Below are positions 32,201 through 43,034 of a DNA stretch of 64,000 nt, one piece after another. Source of the stretch: Caecitellus pseudoparvulus (Eukaryota > Protista > Bigyra: Bicosoecida). Where the stretch lies: the NCBI GenBank assembly GCA_965644315.1, contig CBFFRQ010000069.1, positions 124,001 to 188,000 of the forward strand. Reading direction: 5' to 3'. The position numbers were made by a program, and so were the translations under genes. Position 1 is the first letter of the stretch. Every line of letters starts with the position of its first letter. The notes under the pieces were generated by a model, which saw only the letters and a list, made by a program, of their open reading frames with translations, was not told where the DNA came from and did no database searches.

Positions 32201-32433
32201 GAAAGGACTGCTTGGTTCTGACAGATCTACAAAGAAGCAACGAGATCCCAACTTGACCCAGTCAGAGGGGCACCCTGAAGCCCTGCCTTGCGCTGCTGCG
32301 CCCCCCGCCAGCAGGGCGAGCGCCAACGCGATTCGCTGTGCGGGACGGGCGGCTGGTGTGAGGAGGGCTGGCGGAATGCCGCGCTCTCGTGCAGCCCACG
32401 CACCGCAGCGCAACAGCGCAATGCACATGGCAT
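26246..32433 (-). CDS. Type I membrane protein with ~7 C-type-lectin-like domains, mucin-like S/T stalk, TM and long cytoplasmic tail (paralog A)
   Basis: Signal peptide split by intron 32403-32336 (MPCALRCCAA|RIALALALLAGGAAAQG). Repeated CPxxW...C/A..C/C..LPY.C CTLD motifs, S/T-rich stalk ~28300-28960, TM FMPAVIAAGVLVSAGALLAAYLAW. Two further 5' introns join the exons to the main ORF. Confidence 0.82.
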
Positions 32434-32984
32434 GCTTGTGGGTGGTGCTTGGGTAGCCTCACCCCCTTCAGCGAATACTGTGGGGCTGCGCGCCTGAGAG
32501 GGCGGTCTCCCTGTGGTCTGCAAAAACGGCGAGGGGGCAGGTACTTCAGCAGCTGAAAGTGCGCGGTGGAGGGCTACGCGACGCTGTAATCGGCAAAGAC
32601 GACGCACACACTCTTAGAGACTGGCCCAGCATGCAGGGGCCCCTGCCTTGGATCGCTGAGAGAACTCAGGAGAGCTGAGTGGAGCCTCGCCGCAGCGACG
32701 TGCCGCTGGCGATGGGAGCACTTCGCCTGCACACTGCACCGCGTGTTCAGCAGCATCTGCGAAATGTGGTCTAACGCCACGCTATTTTGCAACACGGAGG
32801 TCACAGGCAGGTCCGGTGCTTGAGTTTTGTCGGCTGTCCCCGTGCAGCAGTGAGGCCAAGGCGTGGTGAGGCTGGCTCAGCTGATCCGCCAAGTGTCATG
32901 TCAAGAGTTGTATTACTCACGCAAACGTGTAGGAATGAAAATGAGACAGAATCACTCTAATGGGAGGAGGGATCGCGGTGGAGC

Positions 32985-35900
32985 CTATGCGCTCGTGCTG
33001 CTCCCGCTGGCAAGCGAGCTAGCTTGGCTGCTGGGCATGAGATCCCCCTCCTCAACGTGGCACCCTTTGGACCTGCCACTGTTCACAGCGGGCAGCCCGC
33101 TGCCACCCTCCCACGTGCTCAGGTTTGGCGCCCTTGAGAGGGTGACGGGTCGTGCAGGTGATGCCTGGAGCGGCACCTGCAAGGATGCCTCTCGTGGAGG
33201 CATGACGCTGGCAGAGGTCGCCTGCGCCTTGCCAGACACCGCAGACATGCCTGAGATGTCTGACGGGATGCCCATGGTGTAGCCTTCATGGCGCAGCAAC
33301 ATGTGGGTCAAGGCGCGGCCAGAGGAGGGGCGGCCCAGACCGCTGGCCAAGAACTCAGCCTCCTCTGCCTCAGACGTGGTCGTGCGCGCCGCCATACGGG
33401 TTGGCAGCTTTGGAGACAGCGGCTGCAGCCGCACAGGCTGACCTGACGGTAGAGCCATGGGAGTTGCTGCCCGGATGCGTATGGCCTTCCCCTGCAAGGA
33501 CGGGTGGTTCAAAAGGCCGAGCGGGTTCCCCGCTTGCCCCAGCCCCAGTCCCTCCCTGGATTCATCCTCTGTTGACAAGTCAGTGCAGCCACAGGGCTGG
33601 CTGCCTTCCGCAGTTCCAGACGCGTGCTGACGCTGTTTCAAGCAGCCGTGGCTGATTGGAGAAGCCACGAAGAACTGGGACTCGCCCATGTTGAGCGCCT
33701 GCAGCGGGAGGCCGCCGCCTAGACTTGTTGGCGTGTGGCACAGCGTGATGCAGTCCTCCGCATCGTCAACCATACCTCCAGCTGTGGCTTGTACAGATGC
33801 CTGCTTGCTGGTGCTGCTCGCTGCGGTTTGCTTGCGGCCGGAGGTGGAAACCTCCTTCTCGAATTCATCGTCCTCCACAGACTGGTGGTACGCTCGATAC
33901 ACAAAGCAGCCCAGCACCAGCGCCAGCGGTGCAACGAGAGCAAACAGAGCCACCTGGGACGCGTCATCAGTTGAGCTTGCTCCTTGGCTCCCACTCCCGT
34001 CCAGGCGCTGGGAAGCAGCACTGTCCAGGCCACCACTTGCAGCATCAGCGGACACTGTCACGGGAGAGGAGCCCTCTGCACCCGTCCCTTCCAAGGTTGT
34101 TGTCACAGTGCTTGGGGCAACCATGCAGTCGTCCGCCTCACTGCCTTCCTCGTGTGCCTCACACACATGCCAGCTGGCAGCGATGCCGAAGCCTGCGACC
34201 ATGCTGGACTGCACAGCATCCTCCAAGCTCTGAGGCCCCTGTGTCGTGGGCAGGGACTGGTTGAATGCCATGAGCATGGACGCTGCTGCGAGCAGCACTT
34301 GGCCTGAGCCCCCTGCTTCTTGTAGCTGTCGACCAGCAGGAGCTTGGGTGTTGACCAGAAGGGTCACGGACACAGGCATGTACTGCTGCGCCCCGGAGCC
34401 TGACAAGGCTGCGCTTCCAGCGACCGCAATCAACTCAGCTGAGCCCCACCTTGGTCCAAGAAATCCACCTATCACCCAAGCACGCCGCAACGCCAGCAAT
34501 GGCAAGGACAGACGATCTGCCTCCGCTTGCGTAGGCGTCGTCAAGCCCTCCACAGCCGCCACCAAACCTTCCAGGCGGGCCTTGAGAATCGCTCCGAGCG
34601 AGGCTGTGAGCGCTCGCTGGAGTTGGGTAGCTTCCTCGCCACTGGCGCCTGCCGCGATGGGCAAGAGCAGGCTTGTTGATACACGGATCCGCTGAGGTCC
34701 CGGAGAGGAGGCCGGTGGAAGAGCTGCAACCAGAACAGAAGGCAGTGGAGAAGCAGATGTAGACGCAAGGACTGATTGTGTGGGTATCGCTGTCAAAGTT
34801 GCAGTGGCGCTGCTGGTGGGGCGGGAGGTGGGCTCAGCAGACGGAGATGCTTCACTGATCGCAGATTCCGAAGCAGAGGGAGATACGGAGACACTTGCTG
34901 CAGACTGTGGTTCTGAAGACATGGACGGTGATTCCTGTGCTGACTGCAATGGTAGCAGTGACGTCGAGGGCTCCTGAGTGGCTGCCGAAGTTGGGGGCAC
35001 GAAGCTTGAAGGACTGGAGGAAATGCTGGCATTTGATTGGGAGCTTGAACTGGAAGGAGTTCCCGAACTGGTTGCTGAGGCCGATGCAGAGCGTGAAGGA
35101 GTGGTGGATGGCTGCCCGGAGCTTGACGCGGAAGCTGACGCTGAGGCTGACGCTGACGCTGACGCTGACGCTGAAACTGACGCTGAAGCTGAGCCAGTGC
35201 TCGAGGGAGTTGGCGAGGAAGTGGCTGATGGTGAGTGGGTGGGCGTGGCCTGCGCTGAGCTTGAAGGGTCCTGCGTGGCAGACACTGAGGGGGACTGAGA
35301 CGCAGAGGGTGTCACAGACGGCGTGGTGGACGGCGAGGGGCTAGCGGAAGGAGAAGTAAGTGGCGGGTAGAAGACCTGCCGCCAATGCTTCCTGAGGGCG
35401 AAATCGGCAACATTGCTTGGCAGTCGGTTTGACGCAGCTGCTCCGAACGGCCTCATAGCACACACGTAAGGAAGGCTCAGCCCGCATGCCTGGGCTTCAA
35501 TGCTTCCCTCGCCGTCAGGTCCTTGGGCAGTGACGCCATGGCAGTCCTCGCTGTAGCTGCCGGCCCATGCAAACTGGCCATACCTGGCCCCGAGTAGCTC
35601 GACGATTGCGTCCGCGTGGGCAGCGGTGGCGGCTTTGAAGAGCTGGGAGCCATGATCAGGTGCCAGGGACCGGCAGTTGGTCACTGCATCTTCAAATGTG
35701 TCATCTTCCGACGAGGCTACCAAGCACAACCCAGGCTGGCCGTCCACACCAGTAAGCCTGACGTACGTAGTGAATCCGGGGCACGGGTCGAACAGTGGCC
35801 GCTCACACAGTGCACCGTGCAGCTGCTCCCCGCTATGGCCGGACTCGATGCCACCCTCCCCGCGCAGCAGCACAGCATCTGTACCAGCGACAGGGTTACC

Positions 35901-38778
35901 GGCTCTCCAAAACAACTGCGTTGGGCTGCTGCCATCTGGAAGCTTCCACTGTGTGGGGACAGAGGAAACCTGGCTCTCCGCAATGCCCTCCACGAAAACA
36001 GCATCCACGCCATCCGTGTTCAGGAGGGCCACAGAGGCTCTCATGGTGGCTGAGAAGCCACTTAAAATCGCCAACATGCTCCCTGCTCGAAGGCACGCAG
36101 CTCGAGCTGAATGGACTGTGCTGCCACTCGACGCAGACATGGTCACAGAAGAGGAACTGCCGGGGAGCAGAAAGTGCAAGCACTTGCCAGCTACAATGAA
36201 GGCTTCCGGAATTCCCCCACATACGCTGCTTGAGTAGTCACCGGAATTTACAGCGAAGGCTGCCGCTTCAAGGAACCCGCGGACTTGATCCGGGATGGCA
36301 GCCACCGAGTGTGCAGCTGGGTTCGCAGCGCCCGGCCCCAGAGCCAAGACCGAGAAGTTGGCATTCTCGAGGGCCAGAAAGTTTGGGGGCGACCAAGGCA
36401 AGCCTTCCCCGCCCTGTGACCACATCCACTCTGAATCATAAGCAGAGGGGTCCAAACTCAGCGTACTGGCGTCCCGTGCCAGGTCTGAGTCCTGCCCCCT
36501 CTGCACTGCTCCGAGCATAACGTAGCTCCCACTGCTCGAGAAAGAAGGTAAGTATGTGTCAAGCACAGACAGCGAAAATGAGCTGGCCAAGCTTTCGCCG
36601 CGATCTGACAGGACGGGAGCGCCGCTCAGCAGCATGGACGGCCACGTGGCTGAGCCCGCTGGCTCCGAAGTCGGCCCGACGAGAAGATCGGACTTGGCCA
36701 GGGACCCCGACAGCATGTAGCAGGCTCCTTCGTGGTACGAAAATGGCGAAGGGCACATGTTGGCGGGGTCGATCTCACAAGCAAACTGAGCTTCGGTTGT
36801 CAGGTCCACCGCCTGCCACTCGCCACCACCACCTGTCCCAATAACAACAGCAGAAGTGGCGTAGCTCAGCCGCCGACGGATGGCGTAGCTGTCAGGCAGC
36901 ACGTACTTCAGCAGAGAGCCAGAACTGGGCGGTTCCACTTGCATGGCGTTGCTACCCATGGTGTACCACATGTTGTCCTGCTCCTCCACGCCGATGTGCA
37001 TGAGCTCGTGTGGAGTGAGGGCGGCAGCGGCGAGACCAAAAATCATGGTGCTGTCAAAGTCAGAAGTGGGCGAAGCCAGGCCTGTGCCTCCCCATGCTTC
37101 GCACAATTGAAACGCTCGGGTGCGGTCGACGCTAGGCATGGGCTCGTCTTGGCTGCTGACTCGAACGCACTTGCCCATCGCCGGGAGCCACCCCGGCGGA
37201 CAGTCGCCCATGCCTTCCAGCGCGTATGCAGTACCCGCAGGCTGCTGACACAAAGCTGGTGCGAGGGCAGAAGCGTCGAAAAGCTCCACACCCCCAAACA
37301 CCGTCGTACCAGACTGGGTATTGAGCAGCAGCGCGAGGTTTGTGTCTGAAGAGTAGGCATTGACGGCGTGCGGCAGGCTAACTGCCTGCCCGGAGACAGA
37401 GCTCAGCACAGAGCTGTCGCTCATCACTGCCCCAGTCCACAGTGATGGGACGGGGTCTGCATCAGACCTCTGCAGGAAGTGGTCCAGTACCCACGCGTGT
37501 ACCGAGGCACTTGCCCAGGGTTCGTACAGCTGCCCACCAGCCGCTGCACAGTGGCCGACGGCTTCATGCCACTTGAACATCGCAGGAAGCATGCGCAGGC
37601 AGGTGCCCTCACTTCCTCCAGGGCGCACCCAGCCAACTTGACACGGGGGTGGAGCGAGCGGCAGCAATACGTGCGGGGAAGGGTTCACACGCCGGATGCA
37701 GAAGCCTTGCAGTGTCTGGTGGCAAGAGAGAAAGTGAACCAGGTTCTGTTGCCGATCAAATACCATGCAGGGGCCAGATGCAATGGATGCTCCAGTGAGG
37801 TGCTGGTTGATTACGGACACGTTTCCGTCAAGTGTGACACCGCCGCCAGTAGTGGACACGGCAGCAATCCACAAAACGGACTTGTAATACCGGGAGGCAG
37901 CTTGGGTGCTGGTCCAGACGTAGTCCGTGCCAGGAGGTGCTGTGGTGTCCAATAAACCAGGGGGCACTTGCAGCAGTTCCTCAAGGTTGGGCAGCTCTGC
38001 CCCGGCCAGTCGGCACCGTGCATGGGCTGTTGCTTGAGCGACGGCGCCAGGGAGAGGGAGATACTCCACGCTGCCCTGCACCACAACGTGGGCATCAACC
38101 TCACACACTGAAGTTGCCCAAGTGGCACAATCTGCGAGGCACAGGTGGGCGGAGAGCGTGGAGTCGCCAGCAGTTGAAATTGAAACCAGGGTTGCCCGCA
38201 CTCACCGACTTGCGCCAATCGCATCGCGTGCAGAGCGAAGCACAGTTGGGACGAGGAGTAATCCACAGAGCCCAGTCCTAACTCTGCTGTATCCACGGGG
38301 TGCTCAGTGGTCCACCTCAAGGCGCGGGCTGCGAGTTAATGCGGCGGACCGCAGTGAACCTCGTTCGTGATGTGTGCCAGAGGTCGAGGTGCACAGGGCT
38401 GTCAGCAACGCACCTCTGCTGTCGAAAAACACGCCAATTGCAAAGACACGAGTTGAGCTTAGGTTATAGTGGTTGTAGAGTGCCTCCACTTCCCAATTGG
38501 ACAGCAAGGTAGCGAGGCGCACCGAGCGAGAATCTGGCGCTGCACACGGAGTGCTGCCTTGCATGCCCGGAGCGGATTGGTCCACGAAGAGGCACCGAGA
38601 TCCAACGGCAAGCCATCCTTCTGGACAGTTAGTGAACTCCTCGGCAGCTCGCGTGGGTATCCCGCTCAGCACGGCAGCCTGCGAGAGGGCGAGCGAGCCA
38701 GCGCGGTGCGAAAGCACAGTGCTGTGCCTGCGTGCACCGCTCACGCACCAGCAGCAGGACGATGGCGAGCTTTCTCAT
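32985..38778 (-). CDS. Type I membrane protein with ~7 C-type-lectin-like domains, mucin-like stalk, TM and cytoplasmic tail (paralog B)
   Basis: Signal peptide MRKLAIVLLL|AAVLSGIPTRA. CPEGW/CQVGW/CPPGW domains, same three 5' intron positions as paralog A, S/T stalk ~34700-35360, TM VALFALVAPLALVLGCFVY. Confidence 0.82.
35134..35193 (-). repeat. Imperfect hexamer microsatellite (GCTGAC)n encoding (SA)n in the mucin stalk
   Basis: gctgacgctgaggctgacgctgacgctgacgctgac... on the + strand. Confidence 0.8.
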
Positions 38779-39216
38779 CCCACGTGTGTGCCTATGGGCT
38801 TGGCTCTTGTTCCAGCAGGCTGTGGGCGCCGGCCTGGAATTGGGCAGTGGCCTGTGAGGGTGGTGGTGTGGGGGGTGACGGCTCGCACCCCGCAGCGTCA
38901 CGCCAACCATGGGGACTGACGCAGCAGGCCGCTGCTCTGCACCCAGCGAGTGTCAGCAGGAAATCGCACGCTGGCTTCAAGAGGCTGTGTGACATGGAGC
39001 TTGAGTCTGCACTCACAGTCACAGAGTTGGGCAACGGTGGGACTTTCAGAAACGCCCGGCGAGGCGGCCCGGCCCCACTTGGTCTGGGCCACCCAGGAAA
39101 GCGAGGAGAGACTCAAGGGCAAGAGACAGTGAAACCGAGCGCCACAAACTTCATCTACTCGTGAATGAGGTCCGGATCTCTGCACGTATTTTCCTCATTT
39201 TGGCTCAGCGAGCAGA

Positions 39217-40521
39217 ATGGCTGCACAGCTGTGGCCTTCCCTCGCACAGCGAACGTGCCCAGTGTGAGCTGTGCCCTTCGCAGAGCGCTTTAGGGCCGAA
39301 GCACTCACTGTTGTCTGCTGCTATGCACAGATGTGCCATATCAGCGCCTAAATACACTTGTCCACGTTGCAGCACGCCGTACTGCAGCGTGGCCTGCTTC
39401 CAAGTGAGTAGCACGTTTCAGCTACGTTTCAGTCGCCAAGCACACGCTTGCCTCACCGTACGGCCTTCTTGCAGAAACACAGCAGCGCATGCACCGAGGC
39501 TTTTGCCAAGGATCATGTCTCAGCTATGACACGGGTGCTAGCACCAGCGGACGGTCAGCGCGGGGCCACGGAAGCAGCGCTGGTTCGCACGCATGAAGCA
39601 GAAGCTGGGGCTGAGCAGATGCAAGAAGCTCTTGACAGAGACACGGCCGTGCCGCAAGAGCACGTGTACCGCATCGCGGAGGCATTAGCTGCCGGAAGGG
39701 ATGTGTCTTCGCTGCTTACGCCGGAAGTGGAGCGTGCCATCGACAAGGCGGCCGCTCGGGGGCAGCTCAGTGACGCTGTGGCAGGGTGGCAGCCATGGTG
39801 GCTGCGAGCAGGCATCTCTGAGGAGGGTGGCAGCAACTCAGAGCCTGCGCGTGTACTTCCAGGCCCAAGCGAGCCCTCCGATGAGCTGGCGGCCGAGGAA
39901 GTCGCCCATGCCCGCCTCATCTCAGCGGTGCAGGGTGCAGAGAGTGCAGTCGACATCGTGCAGCCCCCTCAGTGGGAAGCCAGTCGGGCCAGCAGCCAGT
40001 CGCTCGTTGACCTCCTGGGCCCCGGAAAGACCCCTCACCCGTCAGTTGCGCTGCAGGTGGTGCAATTAGTGCTTGCTTACGCATACACTCTGCGCCAGTG
40101 GCATGGGGAGGTCCCTGCCAACGAGGCGGCCTCGGCTCTCCTTACGCTGGCGCCTTGTCTTTGGGATGCTGGTGCAGCACCCAGCAGTGTGCAGGCAGCC
40201 GTGCAGGAGCTGGCCTTGGCCGTGGTGGGGCGGGGGCACGCTACAGACGTTGAAACGCGCAGAGCCCTGTGTGGTGTGGCGCTGGAGGATGCGCAGGCAT
40301 TGCTGGGCTCCGCCCGCAAGGCAGGGCGTGTGGTGGCACATGTACAGCTGTGGCTGAAGGAGGCGATGGACAGCCTGCCCCTGGACAAGGCGGCCAGGCG
40401 CCGTGTAAAGGCGGGTCAGCGCAAGGCCATCTTCCTCCTGGCATGGGTAGTGCACATGGAGGGCAGCGAAAGGTTCAGGCAGTTGTCCATGGCATGTGAG
40501 CTGGTGCGGCAGCCCCCCTAG
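39217..40521 (+). CDS. ZNHIT2: Zinc finger HIT domain protein 2-like
   Basis: The spliced N-terminus reads TCPV|CAISAPKYTCPRCSTPYCSVACFQ|KHSSACTEAFAKDHV, followed by WQPWW, AYAYTLR and KAIFLLAW motifs. Confidence 0.85.
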
Positions 40522-40761
40522 CCCGGGCACGCCTGAACAGCGTCCCACCCGCCACCTGAGTGCCGAAGTGGTTCTGCACAGCCCCCCCCGCCCATGCCGT
40601 GCACAGGGGCCAGGCAGGTAACACTCCCAGAAGATGTGCGAGGGTGACCCACGCATCACTTTTAATTAACTCCCACCAACCATTCCCCAGCTGCCTCGCT
40701 CCACTGCGTCTGTGCGTCCTCTGCAGCGCTTGCAGCATCGTCTCCGATTTCCGCACCAACC

Positions 40762-41948
40762 ATGGCCACGAAGATCGTGGACCTCGTGAAGGCTAAGGAG
40801 GAGGCAAAGGAGCCCTTCGTCGCCTTCGAGTACTTCCCCCCCCGCACGGACAAGGGCCTGGAGAACCTGTACAGGCGTGTGCAGCTCATGAAGCACCAAG
40901 GTGGGTTCGCGCCGACAAGTCTGTGGCGCAACCTGCAGTTCCCTTCACGTCTCTCGTCCTGCCACGACACCCGCAGCCCCCATGTACGTGGATGTGACTT
41001 GGGGGGCAGGAGGCAGCACCTCTGACCTGACCCTGGACATGTGTGTGAAGATGAAGACCGAGTACGGGCTGGAGCCCAACATGCACCTGACCTGGTGAGC
41101 AGAAACACCTGGGAGGCGTGATTGGGGCATGCCTGCACGGGCTTCTCTCTCTCCCACTTTGCAGCACGAACATGGAGGCAGAGAAGGTGGACATCGCCCT
41201 GGAGGGCGCCAAGGCAGCCAACATCGCCAACATCGTTGCCCTGCGCGGCGACCCACCCAAGGGCCAGGAAGAGTGGACCGCCACGGAGGGTGGCTTCACC
41301 TGCGCCCTGGACCTCATCAAGTACATCCGGGAGAAGCACGGGGACTACTTCTGCCTCTCCACAGCAGGGTACCCCGAGGGCCACCCCAACGTGATCAAGG
41401 AGGTCGCAGACGCCTCCTCCCTGTCAGAGAGTGAGAAGGGGCGCCTGGTGGAGCTGGACGGCAAGCAGTTCGTGTGCAGCGACGAGGACTACGGCAAGGA
41501 GATGGCGTACTTGAAGGCCAAGGTGGACGCCGGCGCCGACATGATCATCACCCAGATGTTCTTCGATGTGCCCGTGTTCCTGACTTTTGTCCAGGACTGC
41601 CGCGACGCTGGCATCACCGTGCCCATTGTGCCCGGCCTCATGGTGATCCAGGCGTACGGCGGCTTCAACCGCATGACTGCCTTTTGCAAGTCCCGGGTGC
41701 CTGCGTGGGTGCGGGACTCCCTGGAGGCCGTCAAGGACGACGAGGCTGCGGTGAAGGCCCAGGGCATCGCCATCGGTACGAAGATGTGCCAGGATCTGCT
41801 CGCCGCGGGCGTCGTGCCCCTGCACTTCTACTGCCTGAACCAAGAGAAGGCCACCTTTGCCATCATGGAGAACCTGGGTATGCTCAAGGCAGCTGCTGAG
41901 GAGGAGGGCGCCACGGCCGCGGCTGCGGAGGCCACCGCTTCAGCCTAG
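40762..41948 (+). CDS. MTHFR: 5,10-methylenetetrahydrofolate reductase, catalytic domain only (~345 aa)
   Basis: FEYFPPRT, DVTWGAGG, MHLTCTN, ALRGDPP, AGYPEGHP, LKAKVDAGADMIITQMFFD and LHFYCLN. Introns 40901-40976 and ~41095-41164. Confidence 0.95.
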
Positions 41949-42046
41949 GTCTACCCTGTGCACAATCCATGAGACCAGACACCCACAGGCTGCGGTTTTG
42001 GCCTGCCACGGCTAGCTTGTCTTGATCTCAGCCCATCTTGCGCGCC

Positions 42047-43019
42047 ATGGGCTCCCCGACACGCCGCCGAAACAAGCCTGGTTCAGGCAGCACCAAGCCT
42101 GACGCGGCGGTGAAGACGAGCGGCGCAAGTGGCGCCGGCGCTGACGCTGTGCAATGGCGGGTGTTCGCAGAGAATCCGGCCAAGGCGTGGGCTGAAAAGT
42201 TCTTTGTGTTGTGGGCGTTTTGTGGCTGGGTCCCGCTCATGACTTACATCGTGTACTCGGGTGCGCGTGCCTGGCGGTGCGGAAATCGCACCAGCCAACC
42301 TCAATGGCCAACCCCTCGTGCTTGACACAGGCATGTACGAGTGGTTTGAGGAGGTGGAGTACTTTGTCGTTGGGTGTATTCTGGCGTTGCCGTGCTTCGT
42401 CGTCCCCGCACTGTGGCCCTGGAAGCCAGACGGGCACCTGCCATTCCACCAGCAGTACTGGTTCAAGGCCAACGTGTGGGTGTGGACCTTCAGCTACGTC
42501 GGGAATTACTTCTGGACGCACTACTTCTACAACCTGCTGGGGGCCACATACACATTCAAGGCATGGCGCCTGAACAACGTGCCCATCGCCATGTTCCTGT
42601 GCACGGTGGGCTACTTCTCCATGTACTTCTCGCTCATCAACATGGCCCTGCGGGCGCTGTGGACGTCGGCAGGTCACAGGCGCATGCCTGCCCCTCTGCG
42701 CCTGGTCGTGTCTGCCCTGGTCATCTTCGCACTGTCCGTCTTCACCGCCTTCATGGAGACGTGGACCATCTCTGCCTTCCCCTACTACGCCATCCGGGAC
42801 CGCGCCTTCATGTACACCATCGGCTCGGTGCTGTACAGCATCTACTTTGTGGTCGGCTTCCCCATGCACTTTTATCTGGACGAGGATGCGACCAAGCCGT
42901 GGTCCGCCTGGGATGCCCTGAAGGACTCCCTGGCCGCCAGCATGACCGTGACCATCCTGCTGGACCTGTGGCGCCTCGCCATCGGCGGCCTGGGCCATGT
43001 GGACACCTTCTGCATGTAG
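42047..43019 (+). CDS. CPI1: Cycloeucalenol cycloisomerase (cyclopropylsterol isomerase)
   Basis: ENPAKAWAEKFF, YWFKANVW, GNYFWTHYFY.LLGA.YTF, AFMET, FPYY and YSIYFVVGFPM. One intron at ~42261-42330. Confidence 0.93.
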
Positions 43020-43034
43020 CACCCCTACACGGCC

